From a virus, in IMG/VR virus record IMGVR_UViG_3300044630_003053, positions 1-64,000 of that record: a DNA stretch of 64,000 nucleotides; one strand, given 5' to 3'. The notes below the pieces were generated by a model. That model was given only the letters and a program-made list of their open reading frames with translations, was not told the origin of the DNA and made no database searches. Numbering within the stretch: the first letter of the stretch is position 1; every line of letters starts with the position of its first letter. This document shows positions 51,316 through 61,609 of the stretch, piece after piece. A program made the position numbers and the translations under genes.

Positions 51316-51597
51316 TTTAATGTTTTTTAGTGTACACAAATATACAACTAATTCGGTTATATCAAAAATAAATTTGTTAAAATATTGTCAAAGAATTTTG
51401 GATACCCGTGAAGGTAAAATAATTTACTGGGATGTATGACAAGGATACCCCAGTAATAAACCTGCTTCCGTCTTCTGGAGATGGTCGTTCTTGTAATACC
51501 CCAGTAATAAAAACAGATGGACGGAGATGGAGAAATTTTTGAACAAAAAAAATCCACCCCTTTCGGAGTGGACTTCGGTTAGTAGGGGAACTAACCT

Positions 51598-52128
51598 TTA
51601 AATGAACTCGTAAATGTTTCCGTTGTATGACACTTCTTTAACATTATCCAAACTTACCGATAAGGTTTGTACCTTTCTTTCACTCGGTTGATTTTTGTAA
51701 TTGTTTGACTTCACTAACCAACTTTCAAACAAAGTTTGGTCAATAGGGTTTCCCTCAAACTCAAATTCAACTTGTGGTTTCACTTCCATAAACCACTCGT
51801 ATTGAAGATAATACTTTTTTGTATTTTCGTTGTAAAGGATAACATTGTTGATGTGGTTACCAACTTTGTTTTCACTTACTTTGAAATTACCTTCACCACC
51901 CCCCTTAATTTCATTTCCGATTACTCGTTGTTCGTACTCACCACCGATTAAAACTCTAACCGATTTTTTCTTCACAACTTTTCCATAATACTTGTTCAAA
52001 CCTTCCCTACCCCCTTTGTTCATTTTTGGGATAGTGTGTGTAACTAAATTCATAAATGTAGGATTTTTAACCTCGTTCATCATTTTGATAAACTCACCTT
52101 GTAGGATTTTGAAACGATTTTTTTTCAT
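51598..52128 (-). CDS. hypothetical protein
   Basis: ORF. Confidence 0.45.
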   Translation of the reverse strand: MKKNRFKILQGEFIKMMNEVKNPTFMNLVTHTIPKMNKGGREGLNKYYGKVVKKKSVRVLIGGEYEQRVIGNEIKGGGEGNFKVSENKVGNHINNVILYNENTKKYYLQYEWFMEVKPQVEFEFEGNPIDQTLFESWLVKSNNYKNQPSERKVQTLSVSLDNVKEVSYNGNIYEFI

Positions 52129-52544
52129 AACATTATTTTGTTTATTTTTTCAATACTCTAAATTACAACTTTTATCCAATATAACAAAATATATTTAATA
52201 TTTTTTTATCCACATTCTTAATTTTTTTTTGTGGACAAATTGTGGATAACTTTTTTCCCCTTGATCCAGAAAATAAATTACTGGGGACTCTCTGACAAAA
52301 AATCTGTCCCGTTCAGGAAAACAATACTGGGGAAAACGAAAAAACATGTATCGATGTGTTGATGCAGGAAAACAATACTGGGGACGTAAAGAAAAAAAAT
52401 CTGTAGATCTACCTGTTCGATATTACTGGGGTGTAATACGTTTTACCCCAGGAAACTTTTCCTGGACGATCAGATCCAAGGTTCATTGTTGTGTAATACC
52501 CCAGTAATTTTTCCCTGGAGACTCAGGTGAAGATTCAGTAGAAA

Positions 52545-52574
52545 CAAAAAACCCCCGAACTAAAAGTCCGAGGG
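52545..52574 (-). terminator. rho-independent terminator (module copy 2)
   Basis: identical to the 48845 module. Confidence 0.6.
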
Positions 52575-52597
52575 TTTCAAAAATAATCGTGTTGAGT

Positions 52598-52810
52598 CTA
52601 ATACATTATTTCAAACTTATCTTCATCGGGAATTACGGATAAACTTCTTCCGTTATCCCAATTAACACCATAGTAACCCATATCATCAACGAATACAATC
52701 GTACCCATTGTGTTAGGTTGAATAGGGTTTGTCTTTGGGTCATCATCCATTAGAATCAATCTAATTCTTTTACCAACTAATTCTTTTCTAATTTTTAATA
52801 GTTCAAACAT
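52598..52810 (-). CDS. DUF4314-like protein
   Basis: GTIVFVDDMGYYGVNWDNGRSLSVIPDEDKF. Confidence 0.45.
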   Translation of the reverse strand: MFELLKIRKELVGKRIRLILMDDDPKTNPIQPNTMGTIVFVDDMGYYGVNWDNGRSLSVIPDEDKFEIMY

Positions 52811-52821
52811 TGTTATAGGTT

Positions 52822-53022
52822 TTATTCGTGAGAAAATAACATTTCCAATAAACCTAAAACGATAGGATGTACCTCATTATTGTTTGAGTTCCCCCATTGT
52901 TTGACTTCCCCATTTTCTTGGATGTGAAAGTTTGTCTTTGTACCATCGGTCAGTTTGAACCAACCCTTAACCTCATTGTTCCCAATGAAATTCATTTTTT
53001 GTGTTGTGATTTGTGTTTCCAT
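52822..53022 (-). CDS. hypothetical small protein
   Basis: ORF. Confidence 0.35.
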   Translation of the reverse strand: METQITTQKMNFIGNNEVKGWFKLTDGTKTNFHIQENGEVKQWGNSNNNEVHPIVLGLLEMLFSHE

Positions 53023-53343
53023 TTGTTTATGTGTTTAGTACCCAAATATACAACTATTATTTTTATATACAAACATTATTTGTTAAAATTTTGTAAAAGA
53101 ATTTTCCCGTGTTGTAACATGAAATTTATTACTGGGGTAATACGAAGATGAGGTTTTTTCCAAGCAGACGACACGACATTACTGGGTGATGTCATACGTT
53201 CATCCCAGTAAAATTGTCCCATCTGCATGTGCGCAACGGCAGTTGCGTTTGCGCTGATTCGGTAATACACCTAAAAAGAGAAACCCCCACCATTTCTGAT
53301 GAGGGCTCACTTACTAACCACACTATTAAACAAAACTATTGTC

Positions 53344-53490
53344 TTACATATCGTACGCAAATGTAGGGATAAAAAACCAAAACATAAAGTAAAATGTTCC
53401 AATTATTAATATCAAACTAAAAATTGCATCCCAAAATTCCCTTTTGTCTTCCTTGTAGACCTCAATAATCGTCTTTATCATATCTTTCAT
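53344..53490 (-). CDS. small membrane protein
   Basis: internal start chosen to avoid a 146-nt overlap. Confidence 0.25.
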   Translation of the reverse strand: MKDMIKTIIEVYKEDKREFWDAIFSLILIIGTFYFMFWFFIPTFAYDM

Positions 53491-53491
53491 C

Positions 53492-53851
53492 TTAATATGT
53501 GTTTTGATTATAGGTATCATACGTGTTATAATTTCTTTGTCGATTGTTTTCTCGATACTCATTACGAGGAACACGTTGAGGGTATCTTGGTCGTTGTATG
53601 AAGGAGTTTTCCATTTGTTCATCAATCGGTTGAACATTCCAATCTAAATCCATTTGTTTAGAATTTGCCCAATGAATGTTATAAATTGTTTCAAGTCGTT
53701 CAGTTACAATGATATAACTATTCTCGTTGAAGTGAACTTTGGTCACAGGCTCACCAGTGTTCTTGTCAATGATTTCATACATTGAATGTACATTTTGTGG
53801 ATTCATTACCACCGGTCTTTTTGAATTTGAATTTGTCAGTTTGATTAACAT
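53492..53851 (-). CDS. hypothetical protein
   Basis: ORF. Confidence 0.45.
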   Translation of the reverse strand: MLIKLTNSNSKRPVVMNPQNVHSMYEIIDKNTGEPVTKVHFNENSYIIVTERLETIYNIHWANSKQMDLDWNVQPIDEQMENSFIQRPRYPQRVPRNEYRENNRQRNYNTYDTYNQNTY

Positions 53852-54237
53852 AACATTTAAATTTAAGAGTGAATAAATAATTTATAACATTTGAAATGTG
53901 AAATATGTCAAAAGAATTACCCAACAGATTGCACCAATAGTTAATGCTCGTTTTTCGTTATTTGGTATTTTCATTTTCTTGAATATGATTTATTGTTGAT
54001 ACAAAGATATAACAATTATATTAAACTTCCAAATTTATTTTAAGAAATCTTTTTTCGGGGGACAATCTATTACTGGGTTAAGCCCTGATGAAGTGGTAAT
54101 GTAGGTATTGGTACCGTCACACCCAAAATGGTTACTGGGTAATACATCCCAGTAAGTTATCCTGATGGGAAGATGATGTGGAAATTCTTGAGCATAAAAA
54201 ACCCCGTAGATACGGAGGTCTTCATTTAAAATCTTTA

Positions 54238-54906
54238 CTACTTTATCCGTCTTACAACGACCAAGACCATTGCCGCCCCCTTTTTAGCTCCGTCATTGTT
54301 GTCGAGATACTCGAAAATGTTTTCAATGTCATACTTGTAACCACCCTCACGATTAATAAAAGTTTTGATAACCCTCATAGTTTTACCATTGTCTTGACCT
54401 TTCGGTATTTGATAAGTGTTTAACTTATCGATAGTATTACAAAAAATTGTAGAAGGTCCTGGTGTAATTCGTTTGTTGAATGTTAGGGATATAGTACCAT
54501 CCACCTCGATAATATCGTTTCTAAAAATGTATTGGAGTTCCTGGTGAAATGTACCAATTTGACCACAATAGTCTAGTATCAAATGGCTATACTCCCCTTT
54601 GTTTGCATTGTATATAATATCCCCGATTGAACCAAAATAAAGTGAAGGAGTTTTCCCAACGAAATACTTCATTTTTTGTTTCTTGATATTTCGTTTTAAC
54701 TTGTCGAAGGTTATCTCATCTCGTTCGCACATAACATAGCGATACTTTCGAGAAACATCCTGGTAGATTGTTTTCTCAATTTCGAAATGTTCTGCAGGTA
54801 AAGAAAGGATTTTGTAGTTTTTCGTGTCCGAGTTGTGAATAGCGTGCACCATTATATTTCGTGCCGTGTTCTTGTTCGTTCCTTTGTGATTGGTGAAGGT
54901 GTTCAT
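54238..54906 (-). CDS. hypothetical protein
   Basis: ORF. Confidence 0.45.
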   Translation of the reverse strand: MNTFTNHKGTNKNTARNIMVHAIHNSDTKNYKILSLPAEHFEIEKTIYQDVSRKYRYVMCERDEITFDKLKRNIKKQKMKYFVGKTPSLYFGSIGDIIYNANKGEYSHLILDYCGQIGTFHQELQYIFRNDIIEVDGTISLTFNKRITPGPSTIFCNTIDKLNTYQIPKGQDNGKTMRVIKTFINREGGYKYDIENIFEYLDNNDGAKKGAAMVLVVVRRIK

Positions 54907-55239
54907 ATCATAACATTAAGGTTAAAGAATACACAAATATAAAACTAATTCCATTATATACAAAATAAAAATGTTAATCTTTTCTAAAAATTTATTTATC
55001 GGTCTGACGGGAAAGTTTATTACTGGGGAAATGAAGATGAAGATTTTCTGTAAGAGTAAAAAATCATTTACTGGGACACTCCACCCAGTAATTTAATACT
55101 GATGATCATCGGAGATTTCTTCAGACTTCACGGAGCGTAACCCAGTAAATTATCCGGATGGGAAGATGCAGGTAAAATTCTTGGACACAAAAAAGGGGTA
55201 CCATTTCTGATACCCCAATTTTCACTAACACCACAAATA

Positions 55240-55500
55240 CTAATCTTTATAAACGATTTTATTTGTAATGTCTTTTATTATCTCTCGTATTGTATTACCC
55301 TTAACCCCATTCTCAACCATACAACCATAAATGTTGGTTATCATTGTATAAACGTGTTTAAAGTCACGATACACTTCACGATTACCCCAACTATTACCTC
55401 TCTTAATTGTTAGTCTCGTGGATTCCCAACCTTTCTTATTGTTAACGTAAATTGTTATGTTGAAATTAGTATCGTAATACGTCTTTCTATATGTTTCCAT
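55240..55500 (-). CDS. hypothetical protein
   Basis: ORF. Confidence 0.4.
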   Translation of the reverse strand: METYRKTYYDTNFNITIYVNNKKGWESTRLTIKRGNSWGNREVYRDFKHVYTMITNIYGCMVENGVKGNTIREIIKDITNKIVYKD

Positions 55501-55501
55501 A

Positions 55502-56137
55502 TTACTTAGTTAAGATACCCAACTTATGTAGGTCGTTGTAATTAAATGTGTTATTCAACTTCTTACCGAATATGTTTTCGTAAATGATTTCCATATTAAC
55601 CTTATTCAACTTCGGTTTCTTAATTCCATACTTCTCACAAAGTTTAACAAAGTTTCGTGTATCACAAACGATTTCAACATTCCTACTTTCTTCGGTATTA
55701 AACCATTGATTACCCGACTTGGTACCAACCCCACTCACACCAATAGTACAGAATTTAAATCCACCACAATCTCCCCACCAATTATCTTTCATATCCATTT
55801 CATACACTTTGGTAATTAGAACAAAGATATTCTCATTGTTCCAATGTTTTCTAACCACGATTTGACCTTCAACGAATTTTTTAGTGTCCTTCTTAACAAT
55901 CTTTTTAGTTAATCTTTCCACTTCTTCCTCGTAGATTCTTCTCCTCATCATATAATCACTATACATACTATCTTTGATTTTGTCCACTCTACTATTGAAA
56001 GAGGTTTCAGTTTGATAATACTTGTTCTCCAACTCCTTGATTTTTTCTTTTGTCATTAAGATTTCATTCTCAAAATTTCTTAATGTGGTCGTTTCGTCTT
56101 TACGAGGTCGACCAACCTTTCTTTTTAATGTTTCCAT
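55502..56137 (-). CDS. hypothetical protein with N-terminal GRPRK AT-hook-like motif
   Basis: ORF. Confidence 0.45.
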   Translation of the reverse strand: METLKRKVGRPRKDETTTLRNFENEILMTKEKIKELENKYYQTETSFNSRVDKIKDSMYSDYMMRRRIYEEEVERLTKKIVKKDTKKFVEGQIVVRKHWNNENIFVLITKVYEMDMKDNWWGDCGGFKFCTIGVSGVGTKSGNQWFNTEESRNVEIVCDTRNFVKLCEKYGIKKPKLNKVNMEIIYENIFGKKLNNTFNYNDLHKLGILTK

Positions 56138-56477
56138 TTGTTTTGTGTTTTAGTGTTCACAAATATAAAACTAATTCCATTATATACAAAATAAAAATGT
56201 TAAAACTTTCTAAAAATTTATTAACCGGTAAACGGGGGATAATGTATTACTGGGGAAATGAAGATGAAGAATTCCTCAAGAGGTGAAAACGATTTTACTG
56301 GGATGTATTACCCAGTAATTGATTTACGTCCATGATGGTCCCACGACTCGTAGTTTTCTTCGCATATCCCAGTAATGTAATACCGGTGATCGTTATAAAT
56401 TTCTTCAGACTCTATCTTCAATATCCCAGTAATATGTCATACCTGTCCAACAGTGTGACGGAGATTCTTCCACAAAC

Positions 56478-56506
56478 AAAAATCCCCCGAACTAAAAGTC
56501 CGAGGG
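56478..56506 (-). terminator. rho-independent terminator (module copy 3)
   Basis: near-identical to the 48845 and 52545 modules. Confidence 0.55.
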
Positions 56507-56537
56507 ATTCAACCAAAAAACCTATGAAAACATAAAC

Positions 56538-56876
56538 CTAACTCTCAATCAACTTATCGATGACATCAACCAATTCGTCGAACATAATGTCGTGGTCAAT
56601 TGTTTCAACCACAACCATCATATTATTTATCAATCGAACTTCATAATAATCCAAACCATTAAGAGTAATCAATACAAAATGTTTCCACTTCATACCCGTT
56701 ACTTTTAATAAAAGACCTTTAACATAATCATCCTCAGTAAGACCAATTCGAATAACCTTTTCTACACCCCAACACATATAAGGTACACCCCCTTGTGTTT
56801 TGGTTAGTACATACATTGTTTCGTTTGGGTTGAACTCTCGTACACCCAACTCCATTAGTGTTTGTTCCGTTGTCAT
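56538..56876 (-). CDS. hypothetical protein
   Basis: ORF. Confidence 0.45.
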   Translation of the reverse strand: MTTEQTLMELGVREFNPNETMYVLTKTQGGVPYMCWGVEKVIRIGLTEDDYVKGLLLKVTGMKWKHFVLITLNGLDYYEVRLINNMMVVVETIDHDIMFDELVDVIDKLIES

Positions 56877-56949
56877 ATCATTTTGTTTTTAGTGTATACA
56901 AATATAACACTATTACCAGTTTATTCCAAAATAAATCTGTTAAACTTTT

Positions 56950-57640
56950 GTGAAGTTGAGGTCCCCCTGAAATATATTCCTGGGGTAACACCCCAGTAAG
57001 GTTTTTTGAAAAAACAAGAAAATTTTTTTTATACGGGTTTTTCATCCCAGTAATTTTATTTCAATTTTATAATTTTTTTCTCTGTATTTTTTTTACCCCA
57101 GTAAGGTTTTTTTGAAAACCAGGAAAAATTTTTTTTTTATTCGTAAAAATAATATTACTGGGGTGTTGAAATAAAAAAACTCAAAAAAAATTTGGATGTA
57201 CTGGAATTAGTAAAAAATCGGAGAAAAGTAAAACTATATTACTGGGGTGACGAAATGAATATTTTTTTTTTTAGAATATAAAGATAAAAATTTTTTTTGT
57301 TGTTTACAAACTTTTTTTATTACTGGGGTAACTTTTTTTAATGACCCAAAAATCCAGAAAACCCTGGAAATCCGAAAACATTACTAGGGTAACTTTTTCT
57401 GATCGTCGGAAAATTTTATTAATAACCTTACTGGGTTGTTTTCCAGTTGAGTCGTCTACCGGATGTCGTGAAAAACATTCCTGGGGTAACCACCCAGTAA
57501 CTAATTCATACAACCTTGTATTTTTTTTATACTCCTCGGCATTACCCCAGTAAACAAAAACAAGGATCAGGGAAAAAATCAGGTTTCCTTCCAAAACAAC
57601 CCAGTAAGGTTTCCTTCCAAAGTTACCGTGTCGTGGACGA
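56950..57640. repeat. dense field of about 12 TTACTGGGG(T)/ACCCCAGTAA repeats in A/T-rich spacer at the divergent strand-switch
   Basis: read directly. Confidence 0.8.
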
Positions 57641-57708
57641 GGAGTGGGAGAAATAAAAAACCCCCACCGAATTAACGATGAGGGTTTAGGGGGAACACAA
57701 CTAATATT

Positions 57709-57828
57709 TTATCTCCACAAGTTTACTTTACCAACAACACAATGAGGTGTCTTCGGTCTGTGATAACGATTCATTACACAAGACGAAAACAATACGATGA
57801 CCATAACTAAACTGAAAACCTTTTTCAT
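57709..57828 (-). CDS. small putative lipoprotein (39 aa)
   Basis: MKKVFSLVMVIVLFSSC lipobox-like; hand-translated. Confidence 0.3.
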   Translation of the reverse strand: MKKVFSLVMVIVLFSSCVMNRYHRPKTPHCVVGKVNLWR

Positions 57829-58084
57829 ATCATTTGATTTAGAAGACAAAGATATAACATTAGTTTCATTATACCTAATATAAAAGTTAATGTTTTCATA
57901 AGGTTCATGGACCCGGATGGAAACAGGGGACTTATTACTGGGTAGACCTCCCTATACCCATAGGTGGGGGGTCCCCCCTCCCCGTATCCCCCCTTATATA
58001 GGGGGTATTTTGACATCCTAATAGGGGGGTCAATGCCGTAACAGAAATTTTTCCGGAAATTTTTTGGGAAAATTAAGGTTTTCC

Positions 58085-58150
58085 ACTGCTCACATTTAAG
58101 ACTTTTTACTGCGCACATTTAAGACTTTTTACTGCGCACATTTAAGATTT
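58085..58150. repeat. 23-nt tandem repeat x3 (ACTGCGCACATTTAAGACTTTTT)
   Basis: read directly; iteron-like. Confidence 0.8.
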
Positions 58151-58213
58151 AAAAATAAAAATTTTTGGGATTTTTTTGAGAAATTCGACTTTTTTGAGTA
58201 TATTATATACCAT

Positions 58214-58720
58214 ATGAGAATCTGTATAGAATGTAATATTAATAAAGATTTAACTGAATATCGAGACAATCGAAGAAAATGTAAATCATGTTATAATAAA
58301 AGACGACACGTTCAAAAGAAGAGTAGGATACAAACGGATGAAGTGTATCGTGAAAAGGTTAAGGAATGGGACCGAAAAAAAATGAAACGTAGACGTTCTG
58401 AAACAGACACTTTATTTTATTATAAAGAAATGTGTAGAAATATTTGTAGAAATTCATTTAAACGAAAGAACTTTATTAAGACAAGTAAAACTGGTGAATT
58501 ATTAGGTTGTGATTGGTTAACATTTAAAGTATACATAGAATCCAAATGGCAAGATGGAATGACGTGGGATAACCATTCTTTAAAAGGTTGGCATATTGAT
58601 CATATCATACCTATCGATTTTGGGAAGACTCCTGAGGATGTTGCTAAACTATGTCACTATACAAACCTCCAACCATTGTGGGCAGAAGACAACTGGGAGA
58701 AGTCCAATAAAATTCTATAA
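58214..58720 (+). CDS. HNH homing-endonuclease-like protein
   Basis: N-terminal Cys pairs; GWHIDHIIPI...NLQPLWAEDNWEKSN His-Me finger. Confidence 0.7.
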   Translation: MRICIECNINKDLTEYRDNRRKCKSCYNKRRHVQKKSRIQTDEVYREKVKEWDRKKMKRRRSETDTLFYYKEMCRNICRNSFKRKNFIKTSKTGELLGCDWLTFKVYIESKWQDGMTWDNHSLKGWHIDHIIPIDFGKTPEDVAKLCHYTNLQPLWAEDNWEKSNKIL

Positions 58721-58865
58721 ATTAGAACTATATTTCTAATTCCTATAATATCCCTATACATTCGGGGGGTAAAAACCTGTAAATGGAAATATATTTCTAA
58801 AAAGTGAAAAAAAAATTTTCCAGAAATTTTCAGGAATATACTTATCTTTGTAAAAAATATATAAT

Positions 58866-58982
58866 ATGGCAACAACAGTAAGACCCCATAACTTCCAAAG
58901 GATTGTTAAAACAAAGAACGGTCCGGTGGTTAAGAACTGTATCCGCAAGGGACATACAAGAACCACAAAGAAAAGAGCCTAA
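58866..58982 (+). CDS. small basic protein (38 aa)
   Basis: own TATCTTTGT promoter (58835-58860) and own terminator; MATTVRPHNFQRIVKTKNGPVVKNCIRKGHTRTTKKRA. Confidence 0.4.
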   Translation: MATTVRPHNFQRIVKTKNGPVVKNCIRKGHTRTTKKRA

Positions 58983-58988
58983 CAGAAA

Positions 58989-59012
58989 CCCTCCAACACG
59001 GAGGGTTTTTTT
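58989..59012 (+). terminator. rho-independent terminator
   Basis: CCCTCCaacacGGAGGG plus T7. Confidence 0.6.
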
Positions 59013-59258
59013 ATGTATTTATACTATATGACATATCAAGTGGTAGATGTTCCCAAATCAATTAACTGTGAGAACTGTGTTCCATGTATGAGAATTAGAC
59101 TCATGGAGATGGGATTTATATCAGGACAAGACATTGAGGTTGGAGAGAGGAAGTTAGGTCTTCACGTAGTTCATATGGTATCAGAAAACGGACATATTGA
59201 ACAGACCTTTGCTCTGAGACCTGAAGAATTAGGTAGAATTTGTTTAAATCAGAAATAA
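59013..59258 (+). CDS. hypothetical protein
   Basis: ORF followed by terminator at 59260-59285. Confidence 0.35.
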   Translation: MYLYYMTYQVVDVPKSINCENCVPCMRIRLMEMGFISGQDIEVGERKLGLHVVHMVSENGHIEQTFALRPEELGRICLNQK

Positions 59259-59301
59259 TCCTCTCAACGTAGAGGTTTTTTTTTGTATATTTATATACAG
59301 T

Positions 59302-60240
59302 ATGAAAATAATATTAACCGAACAACAATTAGATACCCTTACCGATACTCTTAAACCAAAGAGAGAAGATTGGAATAAGGAGAGGTTGATGAATTTGGTT
59401 AAAGATAATCCTAAGTATCTCGATGTTGAAGGTAATCCGTATGACTATAGTTTGGTTCAATATGATGTAAACGATAGAATTAAAGTTCGTAATGAAATAC
59501 CTATCAAATGTCACGCAAAATACGATTACGGTGATAAAGAAGGTCAAGAACACGGAGTGTTCCGTAAGATATTAAGAACGTGGGTTAGTCAACCGACCGC
59601 AAGTTGTCCACAATGTTTAGCACAAAGATTACGTAATAACTTTATTAAGAAGTCACGTGAAAGTCATCTTGATCCTGATAAGTATGATTATACTATGGTG
59701 GATTTCACCGACCCACGTTATATTATACCAGGTCGAGAAAGAGACGGACATCGAAGATTTTCCATTTTTTGTAAAACACATAATGAATTTTTTACTCAAG
59801 ACGCTAATGTCCATAAAAGAGGTGGAGGTTGTCCTCCTTGTGCTGAATCTAAAGGTGAAGCTGCAGTTGCAAAATATTTGGACTCTAAAGGAATATATTA
59901 TGAGAGGTATAAAAGATTTGCCGGACTTAAAAACAAATACTCACTTGAATATGATTTCTTTCTTCCTGACTATAAGATGTTGATTGAGTTTGATGGTGAA
60001 TTACATTTTGCACCGTCCAATCACACTAACGGTGAAACCAAATTTAAAACACAACAAATCAATGACCGTATTAAAGATTCTTATGTTATGGATAATCCTG
60101 ACATTGTTAGACTGATTCGTGTGTTTGTTAAAACCGATACTGAGAAAATTAATAACATTCCTGGTATATTGAACAAATTAATCTATATGAAAACAAACGA
60201 TAAAATCGTTTATAATTCAGATTATCCTAAAACAAAATAA
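59302..60240 (+). CDS. putative endonuclease with N-terminal Cys/His repeats and a DUF559-like PD-(D/E)xK C-terminus
   Basis: repeated C..H...C..C modules; EYDFFLPDYKMLIEFDGELHF. Confidence 0.4.
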   Translation: MKIILTEQQLDTLTDTLKPKREDWNKERLMNLVKDNPKYLDVEGNPYDYSLVQYDVNDRIKVRNEIPIKCHAKYDYGDKEGQEHGVFRKILRTWVSQPTASCPQCLAQRLRNNFIKKSRESHLDPDKYDYTMVDFTDPRYIIPGRERDGHRRFSIFCKTHNEFFTQDANVHKRGGGCPPCAESKGEAAVAKYLDSKGIYYERYKRFAGLKNKYSLEYDFFLPDYKMLIEFDGELHFAPSNHTNGETKFKTQQINDRIKDSYVMDNPDIVRLIRVFVKTDTEKINNIPGILNKLIYMKTNDKIVYNSDYPKTK

Positions 60241-60271
60241 AGTTTGTATTTATATAAAAACAAGATACAAT

Positions 60272-61345
60272 ATGTTAAAAGAACAAATTCCTACAGGTTG
60301 GCAAGGTGGTTTTCCATCTGAAAACCAAAAACAAATGTTATATCCTACCGCAGATTTAACTTCATTACCTATGTTGGGTAATATGGATAACATTAATTTA
60401 CTACAAAGACAATGGGGAGTTAAATGGCCAATGTTTAGTTGGAATACCCTAAATGGAGAAAAAGACCCAAAACGTTGTTATGTACAATTTGCTCCTTATA
60501 TTTCAAGAATAGGGTATACCAATGAAGGTAGAATCTATTCCATAATCTGTCCACAACAAGGAATGTGGATTGGGGATGAGATTTGTATCAATGTGGAAGT
60601 AACAGTTACGGGACAAAGAGGATGGGTTAATGAAGACACAAAAGAAATTGCTGCAGATATGATGGTTGAGGGAAAAATTTGGTTGACACCGGGTGAAAAT
60701 CAAGGTGGTCTATTAAGAGCAATTTGGCCATTATTAAAATATAGTTCTCATAAGTATCCTATCAACAAAGAGAATGCTATTCGTGTTTCAACACATCTAC
60801 CAGGAAATCCTAAAGAACCTATATTCCAACTTGGAAAGGGTTTATCTCCAAGATTTAAGAATCCTGATTTTGCCATAAAGGAAGAAGCATATAGTACAGG
60901 ACATATCAATGTGGAAATAGGAGAAGTGGTTCTTACAAATGACCACAAATTAGATAAGTTTAATCAATACTTTTTAAATCTTTTTAACTTAGGTACCGGT
61001 AATATGTTACAAAAAGGTAATGTATTATCGTGGAATTTATTTTTTGATTCACCTGAATTGGTTTCAATTCCAGAATGGCAAAATCACGCTGACTATTGGC
61101 GTACCTCTATAGGTGCCCATCACGGTTCACCAGGTGGTGAAGGAACAAGTCCAAGATATTTTGATGGAACCTATTTTGATACCAAAAATTTCGCCATTAA
61201 AGAGGTTATTAAAGATATTTTAAATCACGTTGTAAAAAACTCCACATTAAGGAAGGGTTTAATATTACTTGTAGAATATTGTCCTAAAACAATATTTGAT
61301 ATATTCTTAAAGAAAGGTGATCAATCTAAAACAAAAACACAATAA
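60272..61345 (+). CDS. hypothetical protein (357 aa)
   Basis: ORF. Confidence 0.5.
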   Translation: MLKEQIPTGWQGGFPSENQKQMLYPTADLTSLPMLGNMDNINLLQRQWGVKWPMFSWNTLNGEKDPKRCYVQFAPYISRIGYTNEGRIYSIICPQQGMWIGDEICINVEVTVTGQRGWVNEDTKEIAADMMVEGKIWLTPGENQGGLLRAIWPLLKYSSHKYPINKENAIRVSTHLPGNPKEPIFQLGKGLSPRFKNPDFAIKEEAYSTGHINVEIGEVVLTNDHKLDKFNQYFLNLFNLGTGNMLQKGNVLSWNLFFDSPELVSIPEWQNHADYWRTSIGAHHGSPGGEGTSPRYFDGTYFDTKNFAIKEVIKDILNHVVKNSTLRKGLILLVEYCPKTIFDIFLKKGDQSKTKTQ

Positions 61346-61348
61346 ACT

Positions 61349-61585
61349 ATGGAAGAAGAATTAATTGGAGCAATTAAATTATTTGCAGGAGGATACGTTC
61401 CTCAAGGATATGTAGAATGCAACGGACAATTATTAAACATAAGGGAAAATGAGGCGTTATATGTATTACTGCAAGATAGATACGGAGCAACACCAAATTT
61501 ATTTGCAGTACCTAAAATGACACCACCTATGGATGGTATGAAATACATAATGGCCATTCGTGGTATATGGCCAGCAAGACAGTAA
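61349..61585 (+). CDS. phage tail-collar domain protein
   Basis: FAGGYVPQGYVECNGQLL...YGATPNLFAVPKM. Confidence 0.55.
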   Translation: MEEELIGAIKLFAGGYVPQGYVECNGQLLNIRENEALYVLLQDRYGATPNLFAVPKMTPPMDGMKYIMAIRGIWPARQ

Positions 61586-61609
61586 TATTATAACAAAAAC
61601 AAATACACA

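Noticed and set aside
57304-58118. ORFs 57304-57594, 57341-57553 and 57825-58118
   Set aside because: They cross repeat-dense, low-complexity DNA and the G/C palindrome.
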